DNA of 64,000 nucleotides from an uncultured Verrucomicrobiae bacterium. GTDB lineage: Bacteria > Verrucomicrobiota > Verrucomicrobiia > Opitutales > JABDGR01. The stretch is taken from assembly GCA_963765205.1 (NCBI GenBank), contig CAVXVB010000008.1, positions 352,001 to 416,000 on the forward strand, read 5' to 3'. The notes under the pieces are model-generated. The model was not told where the DNA came from and made no database searches. It was given only the letters and a program-made list of their open reading frames with translations. A program made the translations under genes and the position numbers. Shown here piece by piece: positions 46,672-57,406 of the stretch (within the stretch, counting starts at the first letter, position 1; each line of letters opens with the position of its first letter).

Positions 46672-49600
46672 ATGAGCTACTCCCCCGAGCAATTGGATTC
46701 CTTCCGGATTTTGGGCCTCGAACCTGGCGACGCCTTCGACGAGGTCGAACGCGCCTACCAAGGCCTGATCAAGACCTGGGACCCGAACCGCTTTGGCGAT
46801 GACCAGCCGCGCCGGCGCCGGGCGGAGAAAAAGCTGCGCCAGCTGAGCCAAGCTTACGAACGGTTGAGCGCGGACCTGAAAAATGGCTCGGGGCCGTCTG
46901 AAGAAGTGGCGGCCGCCGTGGAGGTGGCCGCGCCCGAAGCGCCGCCGCCGCCGAGCACCCCGGCACGGCACTGGACGGAGAGTTGGCGCTTTCTATGGAT
47001 CGTCGCGATGGTACTGGCGCTGACTTATCTCGGCGTGGACAGTTATACGCGCTTCGTGAGCATCTGGAACACGACCAAGGGCACAGTCTCCAACTATCCA
47101 CTGCCGGAGCGGGATCTGACTTCGATTACCGGCTATGCTTTCAACCAGCATGTGCAGGTGATGCCGGCGCTGGGCACCGACGGGTATCACTGGATCATGC
47201 AAATGGAACGGATGCTGGACGGGCGGGAGGGCCTGCGGGTGCGGCATACGGACTATGACGGGCCGCCGGGCGGGCGCGAGGTGCATTGGAGTTCGTCGCT
47301 GCATTGGCTGGTGGCGGCGCTGGCGTGGGTTGATCATTTGGTGACGCACGATCCGCTGCCGGTGTCACTCGAACGGACGGAGCCGTGGGCGAACACGTTT
47401 GTCCTGCTTGTATTGATGATTGCACTGCCGATAGTGGCGATGCGGCGGTTTGGCTCGATTCCGGCCGCGATATTGGCGCTGAGCTTCATCACCACGTATC
47501 CGTATTATGAATTTTCGTTTGTGGGCTATCTGGACCACCACGGGCTGGCGGCGTCGAGTGATTTGATGATGGTCTTTTTCCTGGCGTGCGCGGGCGCGGG
47601 CTGGCTGCGCAATGAAAAACTCTCGCCGGACAAGCTTACGCCGGGGGAGCGGGCGCTCTGGCAGTGGCTGCCGGACCCGCCGGCGGCCCGGCGGTGGATG
47701 ATCGCCTCGGGCATCGCCACAGGCACGGGGCTGTGGATCAGCACGGCGTCGGTGATTCCGGCGATGTTCGGCGTGGGCTTGGGAGCGCTTGTCAGCACGG
47801 GTTACCTGGCGCGCGACCTGGCGCCCAACGAGGTTGCGTTGTTGCGCAAACAGGCTTCGTGGATGATGGCATTTTGCATCGTGGTGGGCGCCTGCGCGGG
47901 CGCGGTGGTGCTGTGGCTCAAATGGGATGTGGCAGGTGGCGCCCTCGGGGCCATTATCGGCGGGTTACTTGGCTGGCTGGCGGTGTTCTGCCTACTGCAA
48001 AGTTCGCCTGACAAAACGCCGGTGGGGCGCGCGGATCCGACACTGTGGCGCACGTGGGGCACGGCGGTGGCCTGCACGAGCATCTTTTATTACTTGCTGG
48101 AATACGCGCCGGCCCATTTCTCGATGCGACTGGAAGTAAACCACCCGCTGTATGCGCTGGCGGCGTATGGCGCGGGCGACCTGCTCTGCCGCTTCTGCTG
48201 GCTCCTGCAGGCGATCGGGCGCCGGGGTGCGGCGAATAATCTGGGGACCGTGTGGAACGAGCACCGGCTGCGCATTGGCGGTTCGCTGGCGATGGTGCTG
48301 GTGCTGCCGGTATTGGTGTTGGCGGGCGGCGAGGCGGTATTTGTCATCCGGCCGGGCTTCCTGCTGAACCTGCACACGGATTACATATTGGAATTTCGCA
48401 CGTTTTTCACGCAGATGAGCCTGCTGTCGCCGATGCAGATTGCGGGTGGCATCAGCTTCATCCCGATCACGGCGCTGCCCATGCTGTTGTTGCTGGGCGC
48501 GCCGGATTTGCAGCGGCAATGGAAGGCGGTGCTGGGCATTGCGGTGCTGCCGGCGCTGGTGCTGCTGGCCCTGGCCCTGATCCAAATCCGCTGGCTGGGG
48601 ATCAGCTGCGCGATGTGGTGCGGCGGCCTGGTCGTGGCGGCGGCGGTGACGACTTTGCCCGGCTCGGCCTTCCGCTGGCAAGCCGGGTTCCGGCGGCCCA
48701 TTGCAGTGCTGCTTTTGCTCATCACGCTGGTGCCGTTTCCGGTGTTCACGCTCTACCAGTGGATTGGGACGGACTTGAATAAACTTTCCGGCCCCACCGA
48801 GCTGGATCTGACGCAGATTGTCACCCGCGACGTGTCCCAGCGGATTCGCGCCCGGCTGGGCAGCGAACAGGGGGTGATTCTGAGCGGGCCGACGACGACG
48901 ACGTGGATGATGTATTTCGGCGGGTTCAAGGGGGTGGGGACGCTTTACTGGGAAAACATCGCGGGCCTGCGGGCCGCGGCGGCCACCTACAGTGCGCGGC
49001 CCACGTGGGAGGACGCGAAAAAGCTCATTGATGAAAACCACGTCACCCACATTTGCATTTTTTCCTGGGACGCCTTTGCGGAGGAATACGCGCGCCTGGG
49101 CGCGGGCCTGCGCAAGCCGGCGGACAGCGACATTAAAACCCAGCAGGCCCAAGCCCGGGAACTGCAGGACTCCTTTGTAGTCAAGATACTGACCCAGCAC
49201 CCGCTGCCCAACTGGCTGCGCGCCATTCCGTACCATATGCCTGATCATCCGTGGTTGCGCTTTGCCTATGTCAATCTGCTGGAGGTCGTGCCCGAGCAAA
49301 CCGAGGAGGAAGCGCATTTGCACCTCGCGGAATATGCCCTCGAGATGGGGAATGTGAATTTTCTCAATATCGCCGCCCAGGAATTGGACCAACTGCTGAA
49401 AAACAACCCGAATGATTACCCAGCCCAGATTGTCCGGGCAATGGTGATGCTATCTTCGGGCAATCCGGACCTGGCCGGGCCGGCGGCACAACTGGTCTTC
49501 AACAACCTTGCCCAGGCGGGCACGCTGGATTTGGAGGACCGGGTCTATTTGGCCATCGTGCTGCTGAACTCCGGGCATAATGACGAAGCGATCAAACAAG

Positions 49601-50158
49601 CCGCCGCCTGCGTGGCGATGGCCGATGAAAAGAGCATGCGGCATTTGGTGCCCGAACGGCTGGCGGTCGCGCTACAAATGGCGGCAAGCCTGCCAGCCGG
49701 CTCCTACCCGCAGGCGACTTTTGACCTGGGCTTGAGTCTGTTACCCACGCCTTTACGCGTGCAGGTTATCGCCGAGCAGGCAGCCGTCGCCGCGCCGAAG
49801 AACCCTGCGCAGGCGGTGGCCCTCTACCGCCAGGCCCTGGTCCTGGCAGCCGGAGTTTACGACGGCGCAGAATGGCCTGATTCTGCTGCTGTCCACGAGC
49901 GCGGATGCGTCGGTGCGCAACGGCGCGGAAGCGGTTAAAATCGCGGAGGCGGAGGCGAAGACGTCCCATCTGCAAAACGCCGACAGCCTGGAGTTAATGT
50001 CCTGCGCCTATGCGGAAGCGGGCCGCTGGGACGATGCGATTTTCTATGGGAACATGGCGCTGCAATTCCTGAAGAATGCAAAGAACACGGAGGCGGCGGC
50101 CCAATGGAATGACAAGCTGCAACTGATTATCGGCCACCACCCCTTCCATATGTCATGA
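46672..50158 (+). CDS. J-domain-like / STT3(AglB/PglB)-like multi-TM / TPR fusion protein, frameshift near 49846
   Basis: N-terminal FRILGLEPG...VERAY..L.KTWDPNRF; GTDGYHW, YLDHH, many TM helices; C-terminal TPR continuing in the shifted frame as ASVRNGAEAVKIA...AYAEAGRWDDAI. Confidence 0.7.
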
Positions 50159-53022
50159 AACGTCGTCTTGCCCCGGCCCTCCTTGGCCTTGGACTGCTAG
50201 CGGCCCTGCGCCCGGTGGTGGCCGCTCCCGGCCCGCCGCCCGCGGATTCTGCGCCGGCCACGATTGAGCAACGACCCGATGGGATAATCATCACGCGCGG
50301 CGGCCTGCTGCTCGACCTCGAGATTCGCGCGGATAATGTGGTGCGCGTGGCGGCGTCGCCCGACCGCGCGTTTTTTTCCGCCGCCAGCCTCGATGTGCTG
50401 CCCAAGGCCGGCGCGGCGCCGAAATGGGCGTTCAGCCAAACCGCCGACACGGCCACGCTGACCACCGCCCAACTGCGTGTCCGCGTGGATTTGGCCACCG
50501 GCGCGGTCACGTTTCTGGACGCGGCCGGCGCGGTGATCCTGGCCGAAGTGCCGGGCAGCCGGGCGCTCGAAGCGGTGGATGTGTCCGGCGAGCACACCAC
50601 CCACGTCCGCCAGCAATGGCAGGCGCAGGATGGCGAGTCGCTCTATGGCTTGGGCCAGCAGCAACTGGGCATCGTGGATATCAAGGGCTACGACCTCGAC
50701 TTGTGGCAGCGCAACACGAACGTGGTCGTGCCGTTTCTGGTCTCCAGCAAGGGTTACGGGATTTTATGGGATAATTTGTCCTACACGCGGTTTGGCGACT
50801 TGCGCGCCTTCACGGCCATCCCGGCTGACTGCCTGGTGGACGCCGCCGGCCAGCCCGGCGGCCTAACGACCGGCACCTTCACCACCGCGAACCCGGATGC
50901 GCTGCAAAATCCGACGACCACCGCCAGCATCGTCCGCGGCAACGCGGCGCGGGGACGGGGCGGGCGGGGCCAAGGCGGGCCGACCTCGACGCGCTGGGCG
51001 GGCGAGGTGGTCGCGCCCGCCACCGGGGATTACCAATTTCAGACTTATTCCAACGGCGGCATCAAAATGTGGCTGGACGGGAAGCTGGTGATTGACCACT
51101 GGCGCCAGAATTGGCTCACCGAGCACGACCAGGTGAAAGTCCACCTCGACCAGGGGCGGCATTACGCGATCAGGCTCGAATCCGGCGGCGACCAGACCAC
51201 CACCATGACCTTGCAATGGAAAACGCCCGCGGTCTCGGCCAACACGTCGCTGTGGTCGGAAGTCGGCGACGGCGAGGACTACTATTTTGTTTACGGGCCG
51301 GCGTTGGACAAGGTGGTGGCGGGCTACCGGCTGCTCACCGGCCAGGCCGCGATGATGCCGCAGTGGTCGTTCGGCCTGTGGCAGTCGCGCCAGCGCTACG
51401 AAACCTCGCAGCAGAGCCTCGACGTGGTGAACGAGTTCCGCCGCCGGGAAATCCCTTTCGACAACATCGTCCAGGATTGGATGTATTGGCCCGAAAACGC
51501 CTGGGGTTCGCACCAGTTCGACCCGGCGCGCTTTCCCGATCCGCTGGCTTGGATCCAGGCTATTCACGATTTGCACGCGCACCTGATGATTTCCGTCTGG
51601 GGCAAGTTTTACCCGACGACCGACAACGCCAAGGCGATGCAGCAGGCGGGCTTCCTCTACCAGCCGACGCTCGACGAAAACATCCACGACTGGGTGGGCC
51701 GCGGGGGCTACAACTACACTTTCTACGACGCCTTCAACCCGGCCGCGCGCCAGCTTTTCTGGAAACAGTTGGACGCGGACTTGTTCAGCAAGCATGTGGA
51801 TGCGTGGTGGATGGACGCCACCGAGCCGGACGTGGTGCAACCCTCGCCGCCGACACTCGACAAGCAGAAACATTTCATCGGCACGACGGCGCTCGGCCCG
51901 GCCGCGCGCGTGCTCAATGGCTATGCGCTAATGAACAGCGCAGGCATTTACGAAGGCCAGCGCGCCAGCGCACCCGACCAGCGCGTGTTCATCCTGACGC
52001 GCTCGGGTTACGCCGGGCAGCAGCGCTACGGCGCCGTCACCTGGTCGGGCGACATCACCTCAACCTGGACGGCGCTGGCGAAGCAAATCCCGGCGGGCCT
52101 GGGCTTCTGCCTCTCGGGCGTGCCGTATTGGACGATGGACACGGGCGGCTACACGATGGAGACGCGCTTTTCCACCAACAACCCGACGCCGGCTAGTCTC
52201 GACGAATGGCGCGAACTCAACGCCCGCTGGTTTGAATACAGCGCGTTCACGCCCTTCCTGCGCGTCCACGGCGAATTGCGCCCGCGCGAGATGTGGAATA
52301 TCGGCGACGAGACGACGCCCGTTTACCAGGCCGAACTGAAATTCGACCAACTGCGCTACGCGCTCTTTCCGTATATTTATTCGCTCGCGGGCGATGTCGT
52401 GCAAAACGCCGGCACGATGATGCGCCCCCTCGTCATGGATTTTCCGCAGGACGCGACCGCGCGCGAGCTGACCGATGAATACCAGTTCGGCCCGGCCTTC
52501 CTCGTCGCGCCGGTGACGAAATACCAGGCGCGCAGCCGCCCGGTCTATCTGCCCGCGGGCGCGGCGTGGTATGACTTTTGGACCGGCCACGCGCAGCCCG
52601 GCGGCCAGACGATTGACGCGCCCGCGCCATATGACGCGATGCCGCTGTTCGTGCGCGCCGGCTCCATCATCCCCTATGGCCCCGCCGAACAGTATGTCGC
52701 CGAGAAGCCCGCCGACACGTTGACGCTGTATGTTTACGCCGGGGCGGATGGGAAATTCACGCTCTACGAAGACGACGGCCTGACGTATGCTTACGAAAAA
52801 GGCGCGTTCGCGCAGATTCCGATCCAATGGAATGACGCCACGCGCATGCTTAGCCTTGGCCCGCGCACGGGTTCGTTCAAAGGCATGATCGCCGACCGCA
52901 CCTTCAACATCGTGCTGGTTTCCGCCAACAAAGCTGTGGGCTATGCGGCGGCGAACGCGCCGGACCTGAGTGTCCAATACCACGGCGACGCAGTTGCGGT
53001 GCAATTGCCGGCGGGGCGGTAG
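50155..53022 (+). CDS. Secreted GH31 alpha-xylosidase-like enzyme with PA14 insert
   Basis: LYGLGQ, GLWQSRQRY, IPFDNIVQDW, WWMDATEPD, WSGDI, YWTMDTGG, FLRVHG; PA14 motif SNGGIKMWLDGKLVIDHW. Confidence 0.92.
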   Translation: MKRRLAPALLGLGLLAALRPVVAAPGPPPADSAPATIEQRPDGIIITRGGLLLDLEIRADNVVRVAASPDRAFFSAASLDVLPKAGAAPKWAFSQTADTATLTTAQLRVRVDLATGAVTFLDAAGAVILAEVPGSRALEAVDVSGEHTTHVRQQWQAQDGESLYGLGQQQLGIVDIKGYDLDLWQRNTNVVVPFLVSSKGYGILWDNLSYTRFGDLRAFTAIPADCLVDAAGQPGGLTTGTFTTANPDALQNPTTTASIVRGNAARGRGGRGQGGPTSTRWAGEVVAPATGDYQFQTYSNGGIKMWLDGKLVIDHWRQNWLTEHDQVKVHLDQGRHYAIRLESGGDQTTTMTLQWKTPAVSANTSLWSEVGDGEDYYFVYGPALDKVVAGYRLLTGQAAMMPQWSFGLWQSRQRYETSQQSLDVVNEFRRREIPFDNIVQDWMYWPENAWGSHQFDPARFPDPLAWIQAIHDLHAHLMISVWGKFYPTTDNAKAMQQAGFLYQPTLDENIHDWVGRGGYNYTFYDAFNPAARQLFWKQLDADLFSKHVDAWWMDATEPDVVQPSPPTLDKQKHFIGTTALGPAARVLNGYALMNSAGIYEGQRASAPDQRVFILTRSGYAGQQRYGAVTWSGDITSTWTALAKQIPAGLGFCLSGVPYWTMDTGGYTMETRFSTNNPTPASLDEWRELNARWFEYSAFTPFLRVHGELRPREMWNIGDETTPVYQAELKFDQLRYALFPYIYSLAGDVVQNAGTMMRPLVMDFPQDATARELTDEYQFGPAFLVAPVTKYQARSRPVYLPAGAAWYDFWTGHAQPGGQTIDAPAPYDAMPLFVRAGSIIPYGPAEQYVAEKPADTLTLYVYAGADGKFTLYEDDGLTYAYEKGAFAQIPIQWNDATRMLSLGPRTGSFKGMIADRTFNIVLVSANKAVGYAAANAPDLSVQYHGDAVAVQLPAGR

Positions 53023-53024
53023 GG

Positions 53025-53429
53025 TTACGGTGGAATGGCAAACACCGCGTCAAACCCAGCCTGGGCAAAATGATGGTCGCCGGTCAAGGCCTTGGTAATT
53101 TTTCGTTCACGCATGACCACGAAAGACAAACAGTCGGTCAGCGACCAAGCCTTGTCATCATGATGGTGATAAAATTCAAGCGCGAGTTTTCGCAGCCGGT
53201 CATCCACATGCACAATTTCAAGGTGGCTTTCCAAATACGCCAAATAATCCTTGATGATCTTTCGGAGTTTGGTCTTCGCCAAAGTGTCAGCCAACTCCAG
53301 GAACACCCACTCCGTCGTCAGCAGCCGCACCCGCGTCTCGCCGGAATAGGCCATGACCCGGGCGCGATGCGGATCCAGCGTATTGAGCCTCGCCAGAAAA
53401 TAATAGGTGTCCGCGAAGACCACATTCAT
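53025..53429 (-). CDS. vapC: VapC PIN-domain toxin
   Basis: VFADTYYFLA, TTEWVFLE, WSLTDCLSFVVM, ALTGDHHFAQAGF. Confidence 0.92.
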   Translation of the reverse strand: MNVVFADTYYFLARLNTLDPHRARVMAYSGETRVRLLTTEWVFLELADTLAKTKLRKIIKDYLAYLESHLEIVHVDDRLRKLALEFYHHHDDKAWSLTDCLSFVVMRERKITKALTGDHHFAQAGFDAVFAIPP

Positions 53430-53617
53430 CGTCCGTGGCGTTTGGGAATTCCCAGCCGATAGTGATCGTGGTTTAACGCCAAATCGGGTGGCGCGTCTTG
53501 GAGCAATCCGTCAAACGGAGCCAGTAGCTCCAACAGCGTAGGCACCACAGCTGGTTTGGCCTGGCGGACAAACCGCGCACGGGGGAGGCGGCGTTTGATC
53601 AAAGGGGCGGCTTTCAT
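53426..53617 (-). CDS. Putative antitoxin
   Basis: 63 aa with PPDLALNHDHY motif; 4-nt overlap with vapC. Confidence 0.75.
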   Translation of the reverse strand: MKAAPLIKRRLPRARFVRQAKPAVVPTLLELLAPFDGLLQDAPPDLALNHDHYRLGIPKRHGR

Positions 53618-53727
53618 TTTGATAAAATGCTAAGTTCTGCCTCCCAAGGCAAGCCTGACCTGACCCCAAAACTCAACAGCGGCAAGGTAGGGCATGGACA
53701 AAGATAAACCGAAATGCATCCTGATTG

Positions 53728-54030
53728 TTAAATTTTCTTGGCGCCAAGCCGCAGATAAAGTTCTTCATAGGTCAGCACTTCTTCCTTCACTTTTTCCAAG
53801 GCAGTCTTACCACGATTGGGGCGAAAAATTGCAACTTTCACATCGAAGCCAGTGGAGGAAACTACCTGCATCGAAGTCCCAAGGACTTTTAGCGCTTCAC
53901 CCCATTCCTTCGTGTAGGCATCAATGTGATCATAAAACACGTCTCCAATTTGCAATCTTTGCCTTTCCAGCGGCTCTCGAAACGCTACTGGAACTGGCCA
54001 CGAATATGTAGAAAGAAAAGCCATAATCAT
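53728..54030 (-). CDS. Hypothetical protein (AT-rich)
   Basis: ORF immediately downstream of, and co-oriented with, the SWIM gene; no motif recognised. Confidence 0.55.
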   Translation of the reverse strand: MIMAFLSTYSWPVPVAFREPLERQRLQIGDVFYDHIDAYTKEWGEALKVLGTSMQVVSSTGFDVKVAIFRPNRGKTALEKVKEEVLTYEELYLRLGAKKI

Positions 54031-54033
54031 CCC

Positions 54034-54375
54034 TTAGCCACCAAGGCATCTTGTTAATTTTTTCTTTGCTATATTCAGATCTTTCTTTGCATTTTCCAGC
54101 TTAATTTCAGCAGTTCGCATTTTCGCTAATGCTTTTTCTAAATCCGTTCCTGCCAGCCATAGCACAACTTTCTTAACCGCATCTTTGTTCGGACTGATAA
54201 TCGCGTCTTCACTTCCAGCAAGGATGCTTAAACGATGCTTGCAGGCTTGTCCCATTTCTCCCGCTTGACATGTGCAAGTGGCAGTCAAATTCATCCCGTT
54301 TTTTATGAAAATTACGGAATAGGGCTCAGGGGCGGATCCCTGAACCTGAAACTTTATTTGTTCTGCGTTCGTCAT
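54034..54375 (-). CDS. SWIM zinc-finger protein
   Basis: FQVQGSAPEPYSV...CTC.AG..GQACKH (CxC-xn-CxH) plus a C-terminal coiled coil. Confidence 0.85.
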   Translation of the reverse strand: MTNAEQIKFQVQGSAPEPYSVIFIKNGMNLTATCTCQAGEMGQACKHRLSILAGSEDAIISPNKDAVKKVVLWLAGTDLEKALAKMRTAEIKLENAKKDLNIAKKKLTRCLGG

Positions 54376-54410
54376 TTTACAATCGCCTGATTGTAGTAAA
54401 CAGGTATCGG

Positions 54411-54437
54411 CGGACGGCTCGGAGAGCCGTCCCTACC
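54411..54437 (-). repeat. REP palindrome (GGTAGGGACG family) overlapping the DUF433 stop codon
   Basis: Reverse complement ggtagggacggctctccgagccgtccg. Confidence 0.75.
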
Positions 54438-54684
54438 GAACGACCACCGTTTGGTCGGCGACCAACCGGTCAATCTCGGCGCGATGGTCTTCGTAAAAGG
54501 CGAGACATTCGTAAACCTGCGCCTTGGTCAGGCCGGGAAAGCAGCGCAGCACGCTGTCGGGCGTTTCGCCGTTGAGCAAAAGCCCGACCACGTCATGCAC
54601 GCTCAGCCGGGTGCCTTCGAGGCACGCACGGCCCAAACGCACCACGGGGTCGCGCACAATATAGCGATAGGCCGCCACAATCAT
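54433..54684 (-). CDS. DUF433 family antitoxin
   Basis: IVRDP.V..GRACLEGTRLSVHDVV..L..G.T...V...FPGLT.AQVYECLAFY. Confidence 0.9.
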   Translation of the reverse strand: MIVAAYRYIVRDPVVRLGRACLEGTRLSVHDVVGLLLNGETPDSVLRCFPGLTKAQVYECLAFYEDHRAEIDRLVADQTVVVR

Positions 54685-54834
54685 GGAATTACGTTATCTC
54701 AACTTTGGCTCTTGCGCAAGCACGCATCCAACTCGATTATTTTCCAGTGTTGAAAACGTCGCGGCCGCGCCTATGCTCCATTTGCCTGGCGGGTCGAGGA
54801 CGCCCCGCCCACCCCACGATTGCTCCCCCTCCCC

Positions 54835-57190
54835 ATGAAAAAACTGCTGCTGACTGCTTTGTTCGCTTCATTAATTTCCGCGCCGGTATTGTGCGCGCAG
54901 ACGGCGCCGGACGCCGCGCCGGCCCCGGATCCGCACGCGCTTTATTTCGACGCGACGCAGCCGGTGGCCGCGCGGGTCGCGGATTTGCTCCAGCGGATGA
55001 CGCCGGAGGAGAAGGACATGCTGCTGCACGCCGTCGGCACGTTTCCCACCGCGGCCATCCCGCGCCTGGGGATTCCCGAGCGCTGGATGGACGACGGCCC
55101 CAATGGCGTGCGTGAGGAAATCCAGCTCAACAGCTTTGGCGATGTTTACCCGCGCACCGATTTGACCGACGCCTCGACCGCGTTCCCGTCCGGCATCGGC
55201 CTGGCGGCGACCTGGAACCCCGAGCTGGCCAAGGCGGAAGGCCAGGCCATCGGCGAGGAGGCCCGCGCCCGGAACAAGGACATCATGCTCGGGCCGGCGG
55301 TAAACATCGAGCGCACGCCGCTCAACGGCCGCAGCTTTGAATACTACGGCGAGGACCCGTGGCTGTCCGGGCGCATCGCGGTGGGGTTCATCCAGGGCGA
55401 ACAGTCGCGCGACATCGCCTCGTGCGTAAAGCACTTCGCGGCCAACAACCAGGAGACGCAGCGCGGCAGCGTCAACGTCAACGTGGACGAACGCACGCTG
55501 CGCGAGATTTATCTGCCGGCCTTCGAGGCGGCGGTCAAGGAGGGCGGCTCGCTCGCGATCATGGCGGCCTACAATAAAATCAACGGCGCGTATTGCGCGG
55601 AGAATGATTACCTGCTCAACCAGGTGCTCAAAAAGGATTGGGGCTTCCAAGGCCTGGTGATGACGGACTGGGGCGCGGCGCACACGACGGCGGGCTGCGC
55701 CATCGGCCTCGACCTCGAAATGGGCTCCCGGCCCGGCCCAAACTTTGATTACGACGCATTTTACCTGGGCAAGGCCTTTCGCGACGGCGTGGCTGACGGC
55801 ACCTACCCGCTGGCGGCGCTCGACGACAAGGCGCGGCGCAACTTGTATGTGATGTTTGCCTCGCACGTCTTCGACCCCGGCCGCCAGACCGGTTCGATCA
55901 ACACGCCCGCGCACCAGGCCACTTCGCGGATGGTCGCCGAGGAAGGCATGGTGCTGCTCAAAGACGAGCAAAACGCGCTGCCGCTCGACCCGGCGAAGGT
56001 CAAGACCATCGCGCTCATTGGTGAAAACGTGAAGCACTTGCAGGCGTTCGGGGGGCAAAGCTCGGGCATCAAGGCGTTCCACGAAACCTCGCCCTTCGAC
56101 GGCATCACGGCGCGCGCGGGCGACGGCATAAAGATAATTTTTGCCCAGGGTTATACCGATCCGGCCAAGCCGGGGCCGGGCCAGTTGCCGCCTGCGGATA
56201 TTGACAACCTGAACCTGGCCTTCCGGCAGTTGTTGTCCAAAGACCCGGATGCCGCCGCGGTTCTCGCGCAGCATCCCACTTTCCAGCCGCTGCCGGGCGG
56301 CACCACGGCAAATGAGCGCGCGCTCATTGCCGAAGCCGTGCAGGCGGCCAAGCAGGCCGACGTCGCCATCGTCATCGGCGGCCTGAACAAGAATTTCGAC
56401 ACCGAGGGCAGCGACCGGCCGGGACCTGCAACTGCCCGGCGACCAGGACGAATTAATCAACCAAGTGGTCGCGGCCAACCCGCACACGATTGTGGTGCTC
56501 GTCTCCGGCTCGCCGGTGGAGATGGGGCCGTGGCTGCAAAAAGTTCCCGCCGTGCTGCAAGCTTGGTATGGCGGCTCGGAGGCGGGCACCGCGCTGGCGC
56601 GCGTTTTGTTCGGCGACGTGAACCCCTCGGGCAAACTGCCCTGCACTTTTCCGAAAAAATTGTCGGACACGCCCGCGGCGGCCTTCGGCGAGGAAGCGTA
56701 TCCCGGGGTCGGCGGCCAGGAGTATTACCGCGAGGGCCTGCTCGTCGGCTACCGCTGGTATGACACCAAAAACATTGAGCCGCTGTTTCCCTTCGGCTAC
56801 GGGCTGTCCTACACCACGTTCAAGTATTCCAATTTGAAGCTCACGCCCGGCGACCAGAGCCAAGGCGTGTGGGCGACCGCGCAATTTGACCTCACGAACA
56901 CCGGCGCGCGCGACGGCGCGGAAGTCGCGCAGCTCTACATCCACCAAAACCAACCCACGCTGACACGCCCCGAGAAGGAATTGAAGGGCTTTCAAAAAAT
57001 CGCGCTCAAGGCCGGCGAAACCAAAACGGTGACCATCCCGCTCGCGCAACGCGCGTTCGCGTATTACGACCCGGAGAAAAAAGGCTGGCTGGCCGAGGCG
57101 GGCGCTTTCCAAATCCTCATCGGCTCCTCCTCGCGCGACATCCGCCTGCAGGACACCTTCAGGCTGGCGGCGACGAGTTTGACGAAGTGA
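54835..57190 (+). CDS. Secreted GH3 beta-glucosidase, frameshift near 56421
   Basis: DGPNGVR, GRSFEYYGEDP, KHFAAN, VMTDW, EGSDR; continues LQAWYGG, NPSGKLP, YREGLLVGYRWYD, PFGYGLSYT and an Fn3-like domain. Confidence 0.92.
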
Positions 57191-57249
57191 GGGGGGACGA
57201 CTGAATGATCAAACACCGGGAACCGGCTTAACCGCGTCGGGCGGCCAAT

Positions 57250-57292
57250 AGAACATCCAATACCCAACTCTCAACATCGAACATTCAATAAA
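57250..57292. repeat. 7-mer tandem repeat array
   Basis: aacatcc aataccc aactctc aacatcg aacattc aat. Confidence 0.65.
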
Positions 57293-57406
57293 AGAGTCGC
57301 CGGAAACACCCTGATGAAATCGCAGATCAAGCCACCCCTCCAAGAACGCATTGACCTGCGAGCCATTTAACTCAATAATTCCCGTACCCTTTAACCCCTC
57401 CACCCC

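Noticed and set aside
57209..57403. 64-aa minus-strand ORF
   Set aside because: Largely made of the 7-mer repeat array and intergenic sequence; no protein motif.
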